Shown here piece after piece: positions 59,335 through 64,000 of a stretch of DNA of 64,000 bases. The notes under the pieces are model-generated. The model did no database searches, was not told the DNA's origin, and worked only from the letters and a program-made list of their open reading frames with translations. Source of the stretch: a bacterium (GTDB lineage Bacteria; Patescibacteriota; CPR2; UBA1875; JAJYID01). The stretch spans positions 10,602 to 74,601 of the forward strand of contig JAUSJO010000003.1 in NCBI GenBank assembly GCA_030647205.1, written 5' to 3'. Made by a program: the position numbers and the translations under genes. The first letter of the stretch is position 1. Each line of letters starts with the position of its first letter.

Positions 59335-60486
59335 CTATCCTTCAAACTTGCGTATAAAACTTTTTCTAAAGACTTGGAATTCATTGTTTTTAATACTTTT
59401 ACGTATGTCCCCCATAAATCTCATCATAAACCTCAGATTATGCAAGGAGGCAAGCCGGAGACCGAGAACTTCGCCCTCACGAGTCAAATGGGATATGTAT
59501 GAACGGGAGAAGTTCTGACAAGCATAACAATCGCAGCCTTTCTCAATTGGACCCAAATCGGCCGCATGTTTTGCATTTAGCAAATTAAGCCTTCCATCAT
59601 ATGTCCAGACCGTTCCATTTCTGCCCAATCTCGTTGGCAAAACACAGTCAAACATATCTACGCCGCGTTCAACCGCATTTAGTATATCTTGCGGAAAGCC
59701 GACTCCCATGAGATATCTTGGTTTATCTTTTGGCAAATACGGCTCTACTGTATCGAGAGTTTCGTTCCTTACTTTTTCAGACTCCCCGACTGCTAAACCG
59801 CCTATTGCAACTCCATCAAAATCTAAACTGGAAATATATTTAGCTGACTCAACGCGCAAATCTTTGTACGTAACCCCCTGAACTATTCCAAATAGAGCCT
59901 GTTCGTAGCCGTAAATAGGTTTAATCTTTTTATGTACATCTATGCACTCTTTTGCCCATCGATGTGTTCTGTCCATCGCATCGCGAGCATAATCATAGCT
60001 GGCATCTGCTGGTGCGCACTCGTCAAAGGCCATCATTATATCGGCGCCGATCTCTTTTTGCATTTGAATTACCGACTTCGGTGTGAAGAAGTGCTTAGAT
60101 CCGTCAAGATGAGAGCGGAACTCTACCCCGTCTTCTTTTATATGTACCAGGCTCTTGCCAGATTTATCTTTCGCACCAAACCCAAGAGAGAAAACTTGAA
60201 AGCCGCCACTGTCTGTAAGAATTGGTCCGCCCCAGTTCATAAACCTATGAAGCCCACCGTGTTTTTTGATAATGCTTGTCCCGGGTCGCAAGTATAGATG
60301 ATACGTATTACCAAGGATGATTTCCGCTCCGATATCCTTTACTTCATATGGAGCCAGCGTTTTTACGGACGCACGCGTACCCACGGGCATAAAAACGGGC
60401 GTTTCTATCTCGCCATGAGCGGTTGTAATTTTTCCTAGCCGCGCCTTCCCGTCTGTTTTTTCTAATGTAAAACTAAATTTTTCCAT
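59335..60486 (-). CDS. tgt: tRNA-guanine transglycosylase
   Basis: TPVFMPVGT, TDSGGFQ, GIVQG, PRYLMGVG, DMFDCV, CDC..C. Confidence 0.97.
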   Translation of the reverse strand: MEKFSFTLEKTDGKARLGKITTAHGEIETPVFMPVGTRASVKTLAPYEVKDIGAEIILGNTYHLYLRPGTSIIKKHGGLHRFMNWGGPILTDSGGFQVFSLGFGAKDKSGKSLVHIKEDGVEFRSHLDGSKHFFTPKSVIQMQKEIGADIMMAFDECAPADASYDYARDAMDRTHRWAKECIDVHKKIKPIYGYEQALFGIVQGVTYKDLRVESAKYISSLDFDGVAIGGLAVGESEKVRNETLDTVEPYLPKDKPRYLMGVGFPQDILNAVERGVDMFDCVLPTRLGRNGTVWTYDGRLNLLNAKHAADLGPIEKGCDCYACQNFSRSYISHLTREGEVLGLRLASLHNLRFMMRFMGDIRKSIKNNEFQVFRKSFIRKFEG

Positions 60487-60560
60487 GCAAACTATTATAG
60501 CTAAAATGACGGTTTTTTGATATACTTAAGGTCCAAATGAACCTTGAAAGAAAGGAGGTA

Positions 60561-61328
60561 ATGAGATTGATAACGTATTTGCCATACTTTAAAACCGCCA
60601 TAAGCTATGGTACCAGAAGGCAAAACATTCCAAACATTATCACTACATTTCGACTGGTTTTCTGTTTTCCCTTTATTGCCTTCGAGACAATGGCAATATT
60701 CTTTGAGCAACCATGGTTCCATATACCTGGGCTTGTAGCCCTCCTACTCTGTCTTCCTAGCGACAAGTTAGACGGTTTTCTGGCGCGAAGATACGGCTGG
60801 ATAACAGACTGGGGTAAAAAATGGGACCCCATCATAGACGCTGTCGTAATAGGCATTATAAATGTCTTTACGGCTGTTGTAATTGTTGCAATGTTCGGCT
60901 GGATTTGGGGAATTGTCTACAGCATACTTGTGTTCCTGGTTATCGTGAGAAACGGCATTGTTTCTCAGGGGTTTAAGTATCTCCACGAGAGGGCTAAAAA
61001 CTCAGATTCCCCCGACGTACAAAGCATGGTAGAAAAAGTCAGTCACGTTACAGACTGGGGCAAATGGTCAACCGCCATCCAAATGACCGCGATATTCTGT
61101 TTTTTTGTGCTAAAAGACAGTCCTTACCAAGCGATTACCTTCACAGTGGTCTTTGTCATAGGCTTTTCTTTCTCAATGATTTCCGGTGTTGACTACGGAA
61201 TCAAGGGAGTAAGTATAGCCAGAGTTCTATGGCAAAAAGAAAACTTTCCCAAACAAAGAGAAGCAAGATATCTCTTTAAGACTCTTACTTGGGTAAAGTC
61301 TATACTAGCTCGCGCTATTCCTTTCTAG
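60561..61328 (+). CDS. CDP-alcohol phosphatidyltransferase family protein
   Basis: IPNIIT..R; DKLDGFLARRYG.ITDWGKKWDPIID; SD AGGAGGT; boxA-like TGAACCTTGAAAG upstream. Confidence 0.85.
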   Translation: MRLITYLPYFKTAISYGTRRQNIPNIITTFRLVFCFPFIAFETMAIFFEQPWFHIPGLVALLLCLPSDKLDGFLARRYGWITDWGKKWDPIIDAVVIGIINVFTAVVIVAMFGWIWGIVYSILVFLVIVRNGIVSQGFKYLHERAKNSDSPDVQSMVEKVSHVTDWGKWSTAIQMTAIFCFFVLKDSPYQAITFTVVFVIGFSFSMISGVDYGIKGVSIARVLWQKENFPKQREARYLFKTLTWVKSILARAIPF

Positions 61329-61411
61329 GATAGGCGCGAGCTTTTTTCTTTTTTTATTAAAACAAAAATAGAGAGCCTGGCTGACTCTCTATTTTTATAA
61401 ACTCGCTTGAA

Positions 61412-61969
61412 TTATTTTAGTTCTACCGTTGCGCCTGCTGCTTCAAGTTTTTCTTTTGCAGCGTTTGCTTCTTCCGGTTTCAAGTTTTCAGCGACTGTCT
61501 TTGGTGCGCCGTCAACTAGATCTTTAGCTTCTTTTAAGCCAAGTGTCTGGTTGATTTCTCTTACGGCTTTAATAGCGCCGATCTTGTTTGAACCTGCAGC
61601 AGTAAGAACTACTGTGTATGCTGATTTTTCTTCTGCTTCTTCAGCCGGTGCGCCAGCTGCTGCCGGACCTGCAACTGCTACTGGAGCGGCTGCTGATACG
61701 CCGAATTTTTCTTCAAGAACTTTCACAAGTTCTGCCATTTCAAGAACGCTCATCTCTTCAATAGTTTTGACAAGGTCTTTGAACTTCTTTGGAACTTCGA
61801 CTTCTTTTTTCTCTTCTTTTGGTGCTTCAGCCGGTTTTTCTTCAGCCTTTGGCTCTTCTGCCGGAGCTTCCTCGGTTTTTTCCTCAACTACTTCTTCAGT
61901 AGCGGTTTCTTCTTTTACTTCTTCTTCAGAAGTTGCTTGATCGTCATTTTTTACTTCTTCGTCTGCCAT
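61412..61969 (-). CDS. rplL: Ribosomal protein bL12 (L7/L12) with acidic N-terminal extension
   Basis: [46 protein letters not shown]. Confidence 0.96.
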   Translation of the reverse strand: MADEEVKNDDQATSEEEVKEETATEEVVEEKTEEAPAEEPKAEEKPAEAPKEEKKEVEVPKKFKDLVKTIEEMSVLEMAELVKVLEEKFGVSAAAPVAVAGPAAAGAPAEEAEEKSAYTVVLTAAGSNKIGAIKAVREINQTLGLKEAKDLVDGAPKTVAENLKPEEANAAKEKLEAAGATVELK

Positions 61970-62010
61970 TTTATTTCTCCTTATTATTTTTTATTAATTT
62001 ATTTAATAAT

Positions 62011-62538
62011 TTACGCTTCTTTTTGCTCTTTAATTGCGTTTAATACGCCAACTACATTCCTAAGGTTTGCATGCATTACGCCAACAAAGTTTGTTACCGG
62101 TGCATTCATTGAGCCGATCATCTTTGCAATCAACTCTTCACGTGACGGCATCTGCGCAAGACTTTTTACTGACTGTGCATCAATACTTTTACCTTCGAGT
62201 ATTCCGCCGATAATTTCTAGCTGCTCATGATCCTTTGCAAAGTTGAAAACTACTTTTGCGGGAGCTACTTCATCATCGTAACCAAATGCTACTGCGACAG
62301 GGTGGTTTGCGAGCTCCTTTGGGTCTACATCAAGCTTTGCTTTTTTTACTGCAAGTCCGAAAAGGGTGTTTTTTATGACTTTAAACTCTATACCCTGGTC
62401 TCGAAGTTTGCTTCGAACTTCGTTGATCTCCTCTACAGTTAATCCCTTGTAATCGGTAAAAACTGCTGCCTTAGACTTTTCCAGCCTTTCAGCGAAGATG
62501 TCGATCAACTCTTCTTTTTTCTTTTTTGTTATAGCCAT
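62011..62538 (-). CDS. rplJ: Ribosomal protein uL10
   Basis: DYKGLTV, VIKNTL, LAQMPSREEL; upstream of rplL. Confidence 0.95.
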   Translation of the reverse strand: MAITKKKKEELIDIFAERLEKSKAAVFTDYKGLTVEEINEVRSKLRDQGIEFKVIKNTLFGLAVKKAKLDVDPKELANHPVAVAFGYDDEVAPAKVVFNFAKDHEQLEIIGGILEGKSIDAQSVKSLAQMPSREELIAKMIGSMNAPVTNFVGVMHANLRNVVGVLNAIKEQKEA

Positions 62539-62554
62539 ATTGTTTCCTTACATT

Positions 62555-62646
62555 AAAAAATCTTTGGCTCTCACCAAAGACAAATAAAAATTTCTGTTTT
62601 TACCTCGGTAGCTCATTAAGCCTCTCGACTGCTACTGTCTTTGGTT
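62555..62646 (-). promoter_or_regulatory. L10 leader (autogenous ribosomal-protein control RNA)
   Basis: AAGACAGTAG...CTACCGAGGT core followed by a hairpin before rplJ. Confidence 0.75.
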
Positions 62647-62796
62647 ATATTCTTTTATAGTAGGTCAAGATTGAAAATAAATTTTCTCACTTGACCTTTG
62701 AGTATTCTAGCAAAGAAACAAACACTCGTCAACTATTTTTTTGACTTTTAGGTAGATAATGTTAAGATATGGCTAAACACTACGGGAGGGAGCTCT

Positions 62797-63282
62797 TTGA
62801 CTTCAGAAGCCAAAATAGTTGATGCTAATTTTTTTGATGTGCTTGATCCGATAGATCCAGAGGAAGGATTATTAGCGTCGTTAGTAAATGCCAAGGGGAA
62901 TGATTTCTTCTCAAGGTATAACAAGTGCCTAGCTTATGTACATGCAGGATACGTCCAACCTGAGGCCGAGAAATATCTGAAAGAGATCTACGAAAAAGCA
63001 AACAAACAGGTTTGGATAAAGAGTTACTGTATCGCAATAAAGTGGAATTATCGCGTCATGTCAGGCGGATTTCTCAAGAGAGAGGAAGATGAGTTGCTCC
63101 ACTGTCCGCTTTGCCAGAAAGGTATACTGCAGGTAGTAAAGCGCCTGGAGGTATCTGGACCACCTACGGGATCCTTTAGTCCTCCCGAATATCAGGGGCA
63201 TATAATAGCGACCAAGTGTACAAATTGCAATGAAATAATCATGGGCGACTATATATCGGATAGTCGGATCCGAAGATTATAG
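62797..63282 (+). CDS. Orphan protein with C-terminal zinc ribbon
   Basis: CPLC...CTNC; TTG start after GGGAGGG. Confidence 0.7.
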   Translation: MTSEAKIVDANFFDVLDPIDPEEGLLASLVNAKGNDFFSRYNKCLAYVHAGYVQPEAEKYLKEIYEKANKQVWIKSYCIAIKWNYRVMSGGFLKREEDELLHCPLCQKGILQVVKRLEVSGPPTGSFSPPEYQGHIIATKCTNCNEIIMGDYISDSRIRRL

Positions 63283-63335
63283 TCCGGCCCGGTTGGCAAC
63301 CACTTACTATGAGGCAAATGAGAAGGAGGTGAACC

Positions 63336-63818
63336 TTGAATATCGAGAGCTTGAAAAAAGACGATATGTTCGATGTAAATAAATTCATCCCGGAAGACCC
63401 TAAAACCGTGATAGATCCTGATGTTTTGGCTATGATCGAGGAAAGCCAAAATCCGATCATGAAGTTACAGGGGATGTTGGATGGAGAGGAATGGGAGCGT
63501 CTTGATAAGGCGGTTTCCGTGAGTTATGGTTGCATTTATGGTGACTGGAACAAGGAAAGCATGATGGCAGGTAGTACGCTTAAGAGAGATACCGAGACTC
63601 CGCTAGTATGCCCGCATTGTGATAAGGGTGCCCTTACCATTATCTCGAGATTCCCCAGAATCATCGAGGGTGGGATGAGATCAGACTGCAGATATGTTGA
63701 AAATCGATTCATTCTGATCGAATGCCCTTCCTGCAAGCACATCTATGCCGCTTTTCTCGGTGGTGAACCGCCAATCTACCGTCCGCCACACGCCTTCAGG
63801 AAAGACCTCGTCGGATAA
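63336..63818 (+). CDS. Orphan protein with C-terminal zinc ribbon
   Basis: CPHC...CPSC; SD AGGAGGT then TTG. Confidence 0.72.
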   Translation: MNIESLKKDDMFDVNKFIPEDPKTVIDPDVLAMIEESQNPIMKLQGMLDGEEWERLDKAVSVSYGCIYGDWNKESMMAGSTLKRDTETPLVCPHCDKGALTIISRFPRIIEGGMRSDCRYVENRFILIECPSCKHIYAAFLGGEPPIYRPPHAFRKDLVG

Positions 63819-63831
63819 CAGCTAGTACCAG

Positions 63832-63862
63832 AAAAAGAGCCTGCTACACGCGGGCTCTTTCT
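63832..63862 (+). terminator. Intrinsic terminator
   Basis: AAAGAGCCTGC/GCGGGCTCTTT. Confidence 0.7.
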
Positions 63863-63917
63863 TATGGAGCAAAAGTTAAGGGAGCCCTTGCGGACTCCCG
63901 TTTGACTTTGGCACTAT

Positions 63918-64000
63918 TTATGCCGATACAATCGCTTCGGTCATTTCGGCCACCTCTTCTTCAGTGTAGACTTCACCACAGCACATTTTGCCTTCTCCAC
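63918..64000 (-). CDS. 3' end of an unidentified CDS (starts beyond window)
   Basis: ...GEGKMCCGEVYTEEEVAEMTEAIVSA* followed by hairpin GGGAG(T/C)CC at ~63880-63900. Confidence 0.45.
   Translation of the reverse strand, partial: GEGKMCCGEVYTEEEVAEMTEAIVSA

Noticed and set aside
2807-62442. Numerous antisense ORFs inside conserved genes
   Set aside because: Typical reverse-strand shadows with no start signals or recognisable motifs

Overview
AT-rich bacterial chromosome segment with most genes on the minus strand. Gene content suggests a Patescibacteria/CPR-type organism, which is an inference from the housekeeping genes, almost no biosynthesis and many orphan membrane proteins. The backbone is ordinary: a copA metal operon, ppa, proB, secA, hpf, serS, lysS, greA, glyQS, recO, two histidine kinases plus a response regulator, a class A PBP, cimA, tRNA-Gln, dusB, cysS, corA, recR/ybaB, a GtrA/GT2/GT-C glycosylation cluster, dnaB, dnaX, tgt and rplJ-rplL. 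The unusual signal lies between these genes. (1) Three ~400-650 nt units (24.5-25.2 kb, 25.2-25.7 kb, 30.2-30.9 kb) and a ~130 nt unit (14.2 kb) are densely base-paired, bounded by a promoter and a terminator, and lack a credible ORF. The two adjacent long units and the short one share sequence motifs; all four are candidate undescribed ncRNAs. (2) About 17 copies of a boxA-like motif (e.g. TGTACCTTTAACA, GAACCTTGAA) sit mostly downstream of near-consensus sigma70 promoters and often right after a hairpin. They mark the orphan/micro-ORF cassettes and two of the RNA units, while many housekeeping genes appear leaderless. (3) Arrays of unannotated 26-59 aa microproteins, most with one hydrophobic segment. 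Also noted: an MsrQ-like domain fused to a sensor kinase, an LPxTG ice-binding protein with its own sortase, palindromic repeats including one in frame in ArsR, and a poly-Q protein. All structures and motifs were read by eye; no folding or database search was run.
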